Positions 29,695 to 44,616 are shown, counted from the stretch's first letter. The stretch: DNA of 64,000 bases from the human T2T-CHM13v2.0 reference genome, Homo sapiens (GCF_009914755.1 NC_060928.1), one strand, 5' to 3'. Notes: generated by a model from the letters alone, not told the origin. Numbers and translations: made by a program.

Positions 29695-31540
29695 TGTTCC
29701 CATATTTTGAGCTCTCCATCTCACACCTACCTTTTATTTGGCCTTTTCAACTATCAAGACTTCTATGACTCTGCAGGTAGAGGTCTTGATGCTTAATTGC
29801 TGCCCTTATGACAGTCTGTAGTCTACGGCTTCTGCCACCCTGCTTCACCAGATATCATTGCTACCTCTGATCAAGCGTCACTGCTTCATTTTTATTTTTC
29901 AGTAATTTAGGCAAAACACTTTTCTGATGGCCTCTGTTCCTTTTCTCATGGTTGTTGGCTCATATACGTATTCAATTCTTCATATTTTCATGAGACTCTG
30001 GGAGTCATCTCCTTTAACTTTCTTGAGTTGAAAGGTCCAGAATATTCTTTCAGATTTTTAGAGATTAAAGCTCAACAATGATAAGGGACGTTTAAGACCA
30101 GTTTTTATAGATTTTATGAAACAATATTAAATCATGGCATTTCAGATTTGAAAAATATAATATGTAATATTTTGTTGAATTCCAAATATATAGTTGAATA
30201 AATTAAAGGCCTCTCTAGATCTAACTCACATTCTTCTCTAACTTCCTCCAGCTATGTTCTGCACCTCTGCAGATTGTAGAGGACACCCAGAGTTTGAAAC
30301 TGGTCAAATAGGTTGTTAGCAGGTCAAAGGGGTGCAGAATTTTTGCATCTGAAAAGAATTTATTGAAAACGGCTTACCATGGATTATATGATAGAAAGGC
30401 AAATGAAGCTGGAAAGAAACTGATGGATTGAGAAATTAGGAAAGACAGAGAAACTAAAGGTTATGATGAGGTCAGAGACACAACCAAGTTCAGCAAGTGC
30501 CTTAAACAGAGAGAAGTTGAGGGGAGAAATTCTGGTAAAAGGGGAATAGCAGAACTTTCAACCCTACTGTTTTCTATACTTTATAAGTTAGCATGCAAAG
30601 TTATTGAAATATTCAAGAGAAATATTAACTTTAAAGTCAGAAGAATGAGTTTTATCAAAGAAATTGCTCACTTAGCATTGTCATGTAATTGCTAAGGGGA
30701 AAAATAAGCATATCAATTCTGTTTGCATCTTTTTCTTTTTTTTCTGTCCCTGGAGAAATTATGTAGCATTGAGTTAATTATGCTCCCTTTGAAGTCTTAG
30801 AAATTTAATACATTAAATGTCTACACTTAGTGCTCCACCTCTCATTCAAGAGTATCAAAGCTTTAAGAAAAATACTGCAGTTATGTGCAGCTGAGTATAT
30901 AAACCTGCTGTGATATTGGCAGAAAATTGTTACACAATATATCTGTAAGTGTCCTTGAAATGAATATAGTGAAACAGCAGTGCTCACTTGGTTTTATTTA
31001 AATATAGATTGGAATGATATTTTGAAAAAAATGTTTTTATATAGGAATAATGTTGCATTTGTTGCTGTGTACATTATAGTCTTTCCAGAAACAATACAAA
31101 AAAATTCTATATAAATTAGACATTTTGGCCATGGTCTTTAGTGTTTGGGTTTGAGAAGATACGCCAATTCTTTGAAAGGAGGAAGTTTTACTATTTATAC
31201 AGCAATAGATATTGTCTCCAATTTACATTTTTTCTTCAAATTTTCAGAAAGGAACCCTACTGTTCCATGACATCCTTTTATTTCACAGTAAGAAAAGGTT
31301 ATTATTATCTTGTATTCCTTAAACATACTTTATGAAATAGTTTTCATTGTATTGTACTATACCCTAGGTTCATTGAAAAAAAGAACTTTGAGGCTGTCAA
31401 ACAACAAAAAGGCAAAGTTACATATTTCAAATATGTATGCAGCTTCCCAAAAATAAGCCTTTGGAAAGATTTAGGAAACAAGGGAAGGTAGCTTATCTCA
31501 GTAGATACAGAATGACTCCCACTCATCAAAAGGGTGCCCT

Positions 31541-32789
31541 TTTAAGAAGTGTCTGTTCATAGCCTTTACCCACTTTTTGATGGGGTTGTTTTTTTCTTGT
31601 AAATTTGGTCAAGTTCCTTGTAGATTCTGGGTATTAGAACTTTGTCAGATGGACAGATCGCAAAAATGTTCTCCCATTCTGTAGCTCATCATCACTGGTC
31701 GTAAGAGAAATGCAAATTGAAACCACAGTGTGATACCATCTCATGCCAGTTAGAATGGCGATCATTAAAAGGCAGGAAACAACAGATGCTGGAGAGGATG
31801 TGGAGAAATAGGAACACTTTTACACTGTTTGTGGGAGTGTAAATTAGTTCAACCATTGTGGAAGACAGTGTGGTGATTCCTCAAGGATCTAGAACCAGAA
31901 ATACCATTTGACCCAGCAATCCCATTATTGAGTGTATACCCAAAGGATTATAAATCATCCTACTATAATGACACATGCACACGGATGTTTCTTGCAGCAC
32001 TATTCACAATAGCAAAGACTTAGAACCAACCCACATGCCCATCAATGATAGACTGGATAAAGAAAGTGTGGCACATATACACCATGGAATACTATGCAGC
32101 CATAAAAAAGAATGAATTCATGCCCTTTGCAGCGAGATGGATGAAACCAGAAACCATCATTCTCAGCAAACTAACACAGGAACAGAAAACCAAATACCCC
32201 ATGTTCTCACTCATAAGTGGGAGTTGAATAATGAGCACACATGGGCACAGGGAGGGGAGCATCACACACTTGGGCCTGTCAGGGAGTGAGGAGCAAGGGG
32301 AGGGAGAGCATTAGGACAAATACCTAATGCATGCAGAGCTTAAAACATAGATGATGGGGACTGGGCGCGGTGGCTCAGGCCTGTAATCCCAGCACTTTGG
32401 GAGGCTGAGGCGGGTGGATCATGAGGTCAGTAGATCGAGACCATCCTGGCTAACATGGTGAAACCCCATCTCTACTAAAAACACAAAAAATTAGCCGGGC
32501 ATGGTGGCGGGCACCTGTAGTCCCAGCTACTCAGGAGGCTGAGGCAAGAGAATGGTGTGAACCCGGGAGGTGGAGCTTGTAGTGAGCCGAGATTGCGCCA
32601 CTGCACTCCAGCCTGGGCGACAGTGCGAGACTCTGTCTCAAAAAATATAAATAAAATAAATTAAAATAAATTTAAAAACCTAGATGATGGGTTGATAAGT
32701 GCAGCAAACCACCATGGCACATATATACCTCTGTAACAAACCTGCACGTTCTGCACATGTATCCCAGAACTTAAAGTATAATAATAATA
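31541..32789 (+). mobile_element. L1PA with 5' inversion (twin priming), carrying a nested AluY
   Basis: 31541-31683 is antisense L1 ORF2; 31684 onward is sense ORF2 end and 3'UTR; TSD aaaagggtgccct at 31528-31540 and 32790-32802. Confidence 0.93.
32359..32674 (+). mobile_element. AluY in L1 3'UTR
   Basis: AluY-type gatcgagaccatcctggctaac and gaatggtgtgaacccgggagg; TSD aaaac(a/c)tagatgatggg. Confidence 0.95.
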
Positions 32790-32849
32790 AAAAGGGTGCC
32801 CTGAGTACTCAAATTGCTGTGATAGTTATTTAAATGACACATTTTTTTC

Positions 32850-34020
32850 TAAAATAAATTATTTGGAGACATTATACAATGCACAATTTTAAAGATGAAG
32901 CAATTATAATATAGTGCATATAAGTTTACAACTCAACAAATTTCCGTGTGACCATCATCCAGATCAAGAAACAGAACATAACTAGCATGCCCAGATTTCT
33001 CATTCATGCACGCTCCAGTTAAGATCTCCCCAAAGGTATCCTGACTTTTAACACTATTCAACTAGTTCTGATTAATTTTAAACTGTATATAAATAGAATC
33101 ATACGGTGTGTACTGTTTTGTCTTTCTTTCGTTCAGCATTATATCTGTGAGATTCATCCATGTTGAAGTTTGTAGAAAAAATTCATTCATTTTGATTGCC
33201 TCAAAATATTTTGTTATATGAATAAGACAGAATTTATATACTTCTGTTGATGATTTTTTTACAGTTTTGCTCATTACAGATAGGGGTTCTATATACATCT
33301 TTTTGGATATGTCTGTAGTTTTGTTGAGTATATACTTAGGAATGAAATTGCTAGCTCAAGGAGTACGCATAAGGCATGTTACATATTAATGCTAGCTGAT
33401 GCTGCCAGTTTCCCAAAGTGTTTATACCAATTTTACTATTTGAAGTAGTAACTGAAAGCATTCCAATTTTCCGTTTCTTCACCAACACTTGTTATTTTCT
33501 GTCGTCATCATTTTATTTTAACTGCTGGACATATATTAGATTCAGATTTTAATTTGCATTTTTCTGATGGATGATTTATTTTGTATATTTATTTGCTTCG
33601 AGGATATTTTTCTTTTATGGAGTGCCTGTTGAAGTTATAGTCCCCCCTTCTTTCCCCTCATGATTTGTAGAAGCCCTTTGAATATAATGGATAAAAGTCT
33701 CTTGTCAAGTGAATGTATTTTGAAAATCTTCTCTTCTGTCTGTCTTTTCACCCTGTAAATAGTGATGAACAGAAGTTCTTATTTGTAATGTAGTCCAAAT
33801 TATTACATTTTTTGTAGTTAGTACTTTTTGTCTTTTTTAAAAGAATGCTTCTTACTCCAAAATCATGAAGATCTACATACAAGGTTTTTCTAGAAACTTG
33901 TTTTATCATTTACATTTAAATCTGAAGTTCATCTGAAATTAATTGTTTTGCATAATGTAAAGTGGAGGTAAAGATACATTTTATTTTCCATATGGTGAAC
34001 ACTTCATTTTAACACAAGAT
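32850..34020 (-). mobile_element. Old L1 (L1ME/MC-type) 3' region
   Basis: accatcatccagatcaagaaacagaacat...tctgtgagattcatccatgttg...tgatgaacagaagttctt. Confidence 0.8.
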
Positions 34021-35645
34021 CAGTGTGTCTAAATGGAAAGAATAATAGAAGCTTCCAATACCCATTAATAAAGTGGGAGTTGATTAGTGTATTTGAAAGT
34101 ATTATCTCTGTACTGCATCCTATTGCTATGACCTATATATTATTTTCTAATATGAAGCACATGACTTTAGAAGAAAAGGAAAGGTTATACTGGTGAATTA
34201 ATTGAAATAAGAATCTTCCTGTGATCCCAGGATCACAAAAGTTCGTGATGCTGGATTCTATGGTAAAAGTTGTAACTCTTTCCATGGGCCCAATAGTTAT
34301 GGGTCATCAAGTAGCAGATAGTGGCCAATCACTCAAAAACAAACTGCTCCATATAAATATAGTTTTTACAATTGCATGGAATTGTAAGAAAAAAAATAAC
34401 TGGCTTAAAAAAAAACAAATCTCTAACAGGCACTGATTCATCCCTGATTTAGTTTATATTTCCTTGTATCGTATTTATCAATTATTATTAAACTGCTCTC
34501 AAATCTGAGTTTTAACTTTAGCTTTATAAGCTTGTATTGAAAGGCAGCTCTGTTACTAGTCAATCCACAGATGTGGGTTTTTTTTTTTTTTTTTTTTTTG
34601 ATGAGAAAGTCTTAAATTTATTTTACTTTGCGTTTGACCTAAATTGTATATGATAGTTCTTGCTTCTGTTAATGAGGCCTGAGACAGCATCAAGTTTTTC
34701 TTTTCTGATTGGAGAGCTGTTTAACTTGCAGAAGGTTTCTCTGAACATGGAAACTAAGCAAAGAACGGGTTTCCAATGAGTCTAAACTTCCAAATAAAAC
34801 AGACCCAAATTACCCCTCTTGTGACCACTGACTTGGGACACTGATATTGGTGGACAGTTTGCTACTAACTTCTCCTAACAGCCTATAGTCTATTTAATAA
34901 TTTTTGACTGCAACATCTACTGCTGGTTTTTACTTTATACTAAGTTCTTAAATAAGTCAATCATTTTTATTCCATTCCATTTGAATTATTATCCAAGCAA
35001 TAATTTGAATAATTGTGGAAAAACAAGAAAATATCTGAATATTTGTGACAATTGTACCATTATTTTAAATATAAAATCACAGTTGCTTCAACCTTCAAGA
35101 CAAGAAAATTGAAATCCTTCTCTAATCCATTTTTCACTTATTCAATTATTCAAACAATATATTTAAAGCTATTCTATGCAAGTCAGTGTGGGAAGAGCTG
35201 TAAGAATACAATAATGAATGGTATATGATTCCATACCCCAAGGGATATAGACTCATAAGGAAAATGCTGTAAACACGAAGTGTGCAAAATAATAAAACCA
35301 TAAGAACAGACACAGTTAAATTACTCCTCTCTACTCCTAAAGGGACTTGAGAATAAAGAAAACAAAGTTGCTACCTGAAACCTAATCAAATAAAGTCTAT
35401 TGGCAATGTATGAGTTACACATCCCTAGGTTATTCATATCAAAACTTTATTGTTCTGCTGTAAGTGAGAATTCTTGACCATTTCAAAAATTCTTACCATA
35501 ACCTGCTGTAGTCTTCTCAAAGCAAGTCTAGAATGTAAATGAATCCAAAAATAATTAAATTTTTATTGAGTTTTCCCTCCATGAAATTATACAGGTGATT
35601 CAAAAACAAACGGAGTAGTTAGACTGGACCTAATGATAAATTTGA

Positions 35646-35816
35646 GGTTGGGGGAGGGGGGAGGGATAGCATTGGGAGATATACCTAATGCTAGATGACA
35701 CGTTAGTGGGTGCAGCGCACCAGCATGGCACATGTATACATATGTAACTAACCTGCACAATGTGCACATGTACCCTAAAACTTAAAGTATAATAAAAAAA
35801 AAAGAAAAAAAAAAAA
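35646..35816 (+). mobile_element. Very young, heavily 5'-truncated L1 (L1HS-lineage, ACG/A type)
   Basis: ctagatgacACGttagtgggtgcagcgcacc...aacttaAagtataat plus poly-A; TSD gataaatttga at 35635-35645 and 35817-35827. Confidence 0.93.
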
Positions 35817-38082
35817 GATAAATTTGAAAATGGGAATTTGGCAGTGTTTGTCTATTGCTGCTTAGAGAAGACACCAGTCATGGAAGGCAAGGACAGGCTA
35901 ACATATGAAGGTATTCTCTGTGGTATGTCAGGCACAATTCATCAGATTTAATTAAAATGATTTTCAAAATTATGCACCTCTTTGAGCTCTGCTCCTACTC
36001 TATGACATAAGAAGCCAGGAGAATAGTGAGCTCATGCATTCTAAGCACTAGAGAGATGTATTTATTGCAAATAAATAAATTAGCAATTTATATGCTGATT
36101 TCTATTTAATTTGCTTAGTACATAAATGGCAAATACATGCTACAAGTGCTATTAATTCCATTTCCAGACCAAAACCATAGATTACCACTATCTGCCCTGC
36201 TGTACTGAGCAGCTATAGCAAATGGATCTTAGTTAGCACTGGAGTCCGAACCTATTTGCCAATCTGGGTTAGTATGAGTCAGTCTCCCAGAACTTAATCA
36301 ATTCCTTAAATACTTACTGACAAAATCAATATTTTAGTTTTGTAGAGAACCAGATTTTACGGTAATGCCACCCCATGAAGCTTTGTTGAAAAATTAGATA
36401 GTCTCTCTAGATTACAATTCTATCCAGACTTTTTCTCACTATAATACAAATAGGAGGGAAAAAACTGTCTTGACAGAGCAAATTAAGGTCAATTTGCTTT
36501 TCCTAACAAAACCCATTGTTATTAGAATGAAAAAAATACCCTGTAGCATATAAGAAGGTTAAAAAATTAAACTTATATGTGTCTATCCAATAGTAAAATT
36601 TCATGAACATAGAGGTCCTTTAATGTTCTGGCTAATTAAATTTTTAGTGCCTTGTAGACTATACCAAAATTTCTTTTTGGTTTCTACTTGTAGAAAAGTG
36701 TTAGAAATACTTTAGTCTGGGTTTTTTTGTTTTGTTTTGTTTTTTGAGGTAAGAGCTAGAGTATAGCCAAGATACCTAAATCTTTCACATTGATATATCA
36801 GTATGTTGCTGGATATTCAGATTATCAATGCTTATTACATTAAAATTCACGTTAGACCTGGGTCCTGAAATCATATTTCACTTTTTTCATATGTCTTTTT
36901 TAGTAAGCTATCTGAGATCCTCCTTATAAAGTTAAATATAAATGTACCCATGTCTATGCAAAGTTTTGCATATTGGCATGAAAGAGTATATATATGAAAA
37001 CATACATTTATACACAAATAAATGTAGAAGTTTTGAAAAAGCAAATTCATTAACTCTGATTCTCTGATATATATACATAATATTTATATATGTTATAAAA
37101 TAATATCTGCTATTCAGTATTTTATTCTGTTAAAACTAAAAGCTATTAATTGATGGCTAGTTGAAACATAATAAGTTGTTACTTCCAATATTGCTTGATC
37201 AAACTCAAGTCAGATTATTAGCCCTCTCTAATCGGCCAAAAACTTCACTTTGAAAGATATCATGAGAAACTTGCAAAAGTAAATTGCCATTTAAAATTTA
37301 TTGTGTAGAAATTACTTTTTTTTAACCGTGATTCTTGTTTTGTTCCTTAATAGCCTAAATATCCTGTAAAGAACACTGGTATTAAATGTAAGAAGTAGGT
37401 GAACACTTTAATTTTGAAAAATTATTGTAATGAATAAGCAAATCCTTATTAAAAAGGAAAAGTGAAAGATGAAGGGTGGGTTTAGAACTGACCAGAATTC
37501 TTAAGTTTAATATCCATAAATTCTTACATATAGGATTGATATCCAGCAGGTGTGCACCTATAAAGCTCTCTTCACTGCTTATGACAGGCATCCTTTCTCA
37601 TGGAAGATGTCCTATTTGATTGCTGAGTGGCTGTTTTACAGAGTTTTAAAAATATTTTGAATAACATTCCCAATCACATGAGTCCTCTAGGAATGTAGAA
37701 TTGTGAGACGTACATCTACTGATCCAAGTAGGTAACTTCTTCAATCCACATCTCTTCATATATCATTCTGTTTTTAGTCTTCTTAGTGAATAAAAATAAT
37801 GTCAATTTTAAATGTTTAATACCTAATAAATATTTGCATTTTAAATTTCACTCACTATTATTTAATTAGCATTAGTATATTATAGTTAGACTACATGTTC
37901 TCTAATTTGGAAATGTTTCCAGTGATAATTTTTAATTTTTTTTCAAATTGCCAGTTTTAATGAGGGGAAAAACCTAACTTTCTCTTTATTTTGTTTATAT
38001 ATTCATAATAGTCTACAGAGTTCAAAAGAAGGCATAATTGGCATAATACTTTAGAGATAAACAAAAATGTGTTTACCTAAAA

Positions 38083-38572
<490 letters not shown>

Positions 38573-39179
38573 GATAACTATTTAATTCTGAAACAGTAAA
38601 TTTTTGTTCTCATGAAGTTTTTATTGCTGTCCTATGATAATTACTTTTCACTTTACCACTAATAATAGCTAGCTAGCATTTATTAGGTTCTTTCAGTTGT
38701 GTGACACTGCTAATCACTCTGTAAGTTAACACTTATAATCCTCAAAAAACCCAATGGCATAGATAGAACAGTATCTTAATTTCACAAATAAAAATTTTGT
38801 AAAATGATGTATAAGCATTTGTCTATCTTAATTAGGTAGATCGTTTGCATTTTATTTTTTGTTTGCTTAGTGATCACTTGCGAAGTTATTATACTATTTT
38901 TTAACATGTTCATCATGAAATGCATTTTTTTTGGAGTTACTTGGTTTCCAAGTGACATTTAACTCCCTAAAATAGCATTTAATCAGTAAGTTTGTGTTGT
39001 GGTCTTTGAACATGCCATCTGAGGGACAAGAGTGTGCTAGATTGCCTTTTGACTTACGATTTTTAGAACAAAATAAATGAAAAAGAAAAAGAAATGAACA
39101 TATACATAAACTGAGAAGCATAACTAATTGACAGCAAGAAATGACTTGATTCTCAACACTGTAAAGTAGTTGCTAAAGG

Positions 39180-39400
39180 CAGTAGCTAATATTTATTGTG
39201 TTTTCCTTACGTGCCAGACACTGCTGTATGTGTATTTTACATATGTACACATGTATTTATCACACTAAACCTAGGGGATAGATGCAAGTTTAGCCTCATT
39301 TTACAGCTGAGGAGATTGATACACAGAGGTTGTAAAAGTAGTTTCAGGTCACACAGTGAGTAATAGCAAAACCAAGTTTAGATTACTAGTACGGAGTGTG
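39180..39400 (-). mobile_element. MIR
   Basis: tagctaatatttattg...gtgccagacactg...cctcattttacagctgaggag...ggtcacacagtgagtaa. Confidence 0.75.
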
Positions 39401-39403
39401 CTA

Positions 39404-39714
39404 GGCTGGGCATGGTGGCTCATGCCTGTAATTCTAGTTCTTGGGAGGCTGAGGCAGGAGGATCAATTGAGGTTGGGAGTTTGAACTCAGCCTGGGCAAT
39501 TGAAGCCAGCCTGGGCAACATAGGGAGACCCTATCTCTACAAAAAAATTAAAAGTTATAATAGCTGGGTATGGTGGTACATGCCTGTAGTCCTAGCTACT
39601 CTGGAGGCTGATGTGGGAGGATAGTTTGATCCCCAGGGTTCAAGGTTATAGTGAGCTATGATTGAGCCACTGCACTCCAGCTTGGGCAGCAGAGTAAGAC
39701 CTTGTCCCCCGCAA

Positions 39715-39749
<35 letters not shown>
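39404..39749 (+). mobile_element. AluJ-like with long poly-A
   Basis: Alu dimer with J-type features. Confidence 0.92.
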
Positions 39750-39750
<1 letters not shown>

Positions 39751-41837
39751 AGTACGTGCTATATTGGTTTTACAGCTCTACAGTGAAAGTGAAAAAGTCA
39801 ACTTAACCTTTTATTCATGACATAAGAGGTAGTCAGTATGCCTAACTCCCACTAAATTATTTGTAAGGCGAGCTTGTACTGTGAACTTTATCAGTAAAAT
39901 CTATTACATGGTATCATAATATAATGGAGGAATTGGTCAGGATTATGGATTTTTGTCATATTTCGCCCTTAAGCATAGAGAAGAACAGAACTTTTGGATT
40001 AAATGGATTAATTTTAGTGTATGTGCTTATACTAGAGAGAGAAAAAGAGAGAGGAAGAAAGAAATCTAGGTTGAATAAATACTTTCTGACATAAAGAAAT
40101 TTTGAAATATGGAAATTATTATTGGAACTCCAGTGGCTCACAAGATAGTATTTAATTATTGATATGATAAGATCACTCAATATGCTGAATGTGAATTTTC
40201 AGAACAAAAGAGAAATGTTAATGGTGGTTTAATCTAAGAGATCCAATTTGTCAATCAATCTCCCATTGGACTTGTAGAGAAAACAGATGGCAACGATGAT
40301 TCCCTCATTGCTAAACTGTCCTAATCAGGGCTAAGAAGAGGAGCAGGAATGGAAACTTGGGAAACCTGAGGTACAGAAAGCGGCATGAGCCTATTTCTTA
40401 GCAAACACAAGTTTGCCTTTTCTGGGAGACCTGAAATAAATGTTCATCCTGGTTCAAACTCCCATGGTGATCCTGACCTGAGCTTAGAGTTGCTACAAAA
40501 AAATTCACAAATTTTCAGCAGAAATGAAATAAGAATTTCAAAAGAGACTCCGAATTTGATGAGTAGAACTTACGCTTTGCATTTCTGTAACTGTTTTGGG
40601 AATTGCAAACCTCATGGTATTACTAAATTATCCATTCCCTATTCTACCAGTGTTGGTTTGTATTCTCAAGATATATTGATTGCCATGAAAGCAAACTAAA
40701 GCCACAAACAAACCTATCAACCTAGCAGTCCAACCTTCTCTGGACATTAAATTTATATTTTTAAAAAACTATCTAAAATTCAGAATAACTGCCACTAGGA
40801 GAGTGGAGAAATTTGGCAACAAATATAGCTTAACCACACACCACACAAATAACTTTTTTATTATAAGTAACTGAGAAGTTTAGCAATTAGTACATCTACT
40901 TAATTGCATTTTAAACTGTAACGTGTTTCTTGGCCCACCTTTCTGAGACATGTTTGTTGTTGAAAATAATAATAAGAATAGGGTTATTTATTTCCTGGCA
41001 ATGTCCTCCAACTAGCTTAATGTTGAAATACTGTTTTTTTTGTTTGTTTGTTTGTTTGTTTTTGTTGTTGTTTTCTAAACTAATAGTGCAGGATCCCCCA
41101 GGTCTTTCAGAATCTAGCATTTCTTTTCCCCTTTCCGCAAGGATTCTGGCATCGAGATTTTTATGTTGATGATCCACCTGCTCCAAATGTGGCCTGGAGA
41201 CTAGTGCTACTAGGGGAAAATTCATCCTCACACTCTGCTGTTGCCAATATCACAATCCAGGGCCTACTTAATACAGTAAAATGTCTCTTGCAACCCAACA
41301 ACACTCCCAGGCATCTCAACACTAAACCTTACTTCACCATCATTGCACCCTTTGTCAAGTCAGTTTCCCTTTAGAAAAGCTGATGATCTTGTATTTATTT
41401 TACCTATTCTTTTTTGCAGCCCTTGTCTCCATGATGTTTGGCACTCAGACACATGGAACCTGGCAGGGTGTATCTCAAAGTCATGTCTCCATTTAGACCT
41501 TAAATTAGAACTTACAACAAATTTGGGGTGTTCCATTTCAGATGGTACCCAGTGAGGTTGAAGGTTGGATCGTATTGTTCAGAGATGGAGTGGATCTAAC
41601 TAGGGCAATTAGCTGTCAGGCCCCAAATGTCCAGGTATATTTCCTTATGATTAAGCTCTTTAAGCAAATTGACCAATCTTTTCCCACCCTGCCAGCCCTT
41701 CAGGCTGCCAGACATAGAATGACATAGCTGAGATGGCTGAAAACATGAGCATATGTATTTATTTGTAATACTGTTGTTTTAATTATCCAGGTTGAGAATT
41801 AGACAGGCGGGAGACCCAAATGCAAAATGAAATTTTA

Positions 41838-42143
<306 letters not shown>

Positions 42144-42832
42144 CTGGTAATACATTCTGAATTAAATAATTACTTTATATTTACTATGAAAGAGAAAATT
42201 TCAGATAATTACCAGAGAAACAAAAACTAAGGAAAAAAAAGAAAAGTGGCTCTTTAAATTTCCCTACAGACTAATTAAATTTATTTTTCTAGCTTTGCTT
42301 AATGGACGGATACCTTTGTGAATTTTGGATCTTTAAAATCTATCACCAGTATTCCCATAATTTATTGTTCTCCGTCATTAGATTGTAAACTTCATGAGGT
42401 CGAGCTCTTTATTTTTTCAAGTCCAAATCCCACACCATATATAGCCTAATATATTGCAGACAACAATCTCTAAATAAATGGTAAATTTTTGAGGTGAAAT
42501 TTATTCTGGAGATTGATGATTGCAGCTACTTGATTTTGAGAGTTGTAGACATCTTATAACTGGTTTAAATGAGAACTAAACGATATATTCCAGAACGACT
42601 GAAACAGTTCTCTCTTATCCAATTGCATCCTTTCTGCCTTTCATCTTTCTATGAGAGTGTCTCACATTGCATTTAATCTTTACATTGGCTAAATTCTAAC
42701 TAAACAAAAATTTCTTAAAACATAAATGAAAGTAAAGATTTTTTTCTTAGCAATGACCAACCCTCTCCCTAGACAGCCTACTTTTGGTATTTTGGGACTG
42801 ATTGCTAGAACTTCCATGAAAAGATTAAATAA

Positions 42833-43138
<306 letters not shown>

Positions 43139-43289
43139 AATTAAAACAACATTTTTAAAATCCAGTCTAATCTCTTTATTTTTTAAATTAAGAGGAGGTT
43201 AAAATAACTAGTAAATTATATTTATTTATTTGTAATATTGTTGTTTTCATTATCCAGGTTGAAATTTTTAAAAATTAAAAATTAAAAAT

Positions 43290-43468
43290 TTTATTTAAAT
43301 TTTTTTATTTTTATTTTTAATTTTTATAGATGCATACTAGTTGCATATATTTATGGGGTACATATGGTATTTTGTTATAAGGATACAATCTGTAATGATT
43401 AAATCTGGGTAACTGGGATATTCATTACCTCAAACATTAATCATTTCTTCATGTTGGAAACATTCCTG
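43290..43468 (-). mobile_element. L1MA-type 3' end fragment
   Basis: catatatttatggggtacatatgg...tgtaatgattaaatctgggtaactgggatattcattacctcaaacatt. Confidence 0.8.
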
Positions 43469-44477
43469 GTTCTTACAAGATATAAAATTTGAGACATTCA
43501 GTTCTCATCTCTGCACAAATGGATCTGTTTTTTCTTTTTCCTATGTATACAACTAGCACTATAGAGCCGTTATCTAGGAACATCTGTTAGTTGCTTAAAC
43601 CGGGTCTCCTAGAATAGTGTCTCTCAGTATTGTTATATCTGTGATCTGATTTTAGGAACTTGTTCTTTAGTCATTTATTCCCACCTCAATCCATAAGCAA
43701 AAAACACAAACAACAAAAATGGACTATAAACAATTATCTGCAATAAAAAATTATAAGTATAATTTAAATATCTGGACTAAGGAAAGGATAAATTAGAAGA
43801 ACATTAGAAATTAACATAGCACAGTATAGGCCGGGATGTTGCACTATTTTTCCCAATACAACAGTAATCACCTTGAGGTCAGGGGCTATTGTAAATTTCA
43901 CATTCTCCTCAGTATTTGACATAGAACCTACATATAATTTGGCACTCAATACCTACTTGTTTGTTTCACTTAGGCAAAAAGTAGAGCAGAAAGAAAATGT
44001 TTGCCTTATGTAGCATGAAACACTTTCTTTTTATGGGTGAGATCATGCCCATTTAAGAACCTTGACACAATTGCAAAGATCTAGGGAACTGTACCATTCT
44101 CAGGTTGCTTCACTTCCTGGCTGATTTTAAACACCTGGAGGAATGAACTATTGAAAATCCTTTGTGCTGTCCACAATTAAGTTTGGGGGCAGCCTCACAA
44201 CTCTCAGCATGGATGCTAATTTCCAAATTTTAACCTGGGCCCTTAAGGGATGGAATTGGCTTACCTGATATCTCTTTAGAAGAAATGAACTTCAACGTGA
44301 CATATATTCACTAATTATTATTATTTCTTAATTCTGTTAAAACATAAAAGATGAAAGGCTAAAATGTAATTCTAATTGGCAAAGGAATTTCATACCGGGA
44401 AGGCATCTCTTGATTAGCAGCTGTGTAGGCAGAGGGAGGGTTGGGGGTATGGAAATTTGGCTAAGAATTCACACAGA

Positions 44478-44616
44478 AAAGTGCTCGATGTGCTTCGAAA
44501 TAGCTCAATCAGTACTCAGCGTGCTGTGAAAGCGCTCAACTGGTGCTCAACTTCCAGCATATTTAAATGAGTGGAACGCTTACTTTTTAAAAGTGCTCAA
44601 TTGGGAGTGCTCAAGT
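44478..44616. promoter_or_regulatory. Cluster of ten GTGCTCAA-like motifs, putative cis-regulatory element
   Basis: Motif starts at 44481, 44490, 44501, 44512, 44521, 44532, 44543, 44576, 44593, 44607; local CpG retention; function is inferred. Confidence 0.45.

Noticed and set aside
44478-44616. CRISPR-like array or miR-17-family precursor (AAAGTGCT seen twice)
   Set aside because: Units are only 8 bp with short spacers, no cas genes, eukaryotic context; no complementary arm to form a pre-miRNA hairpin
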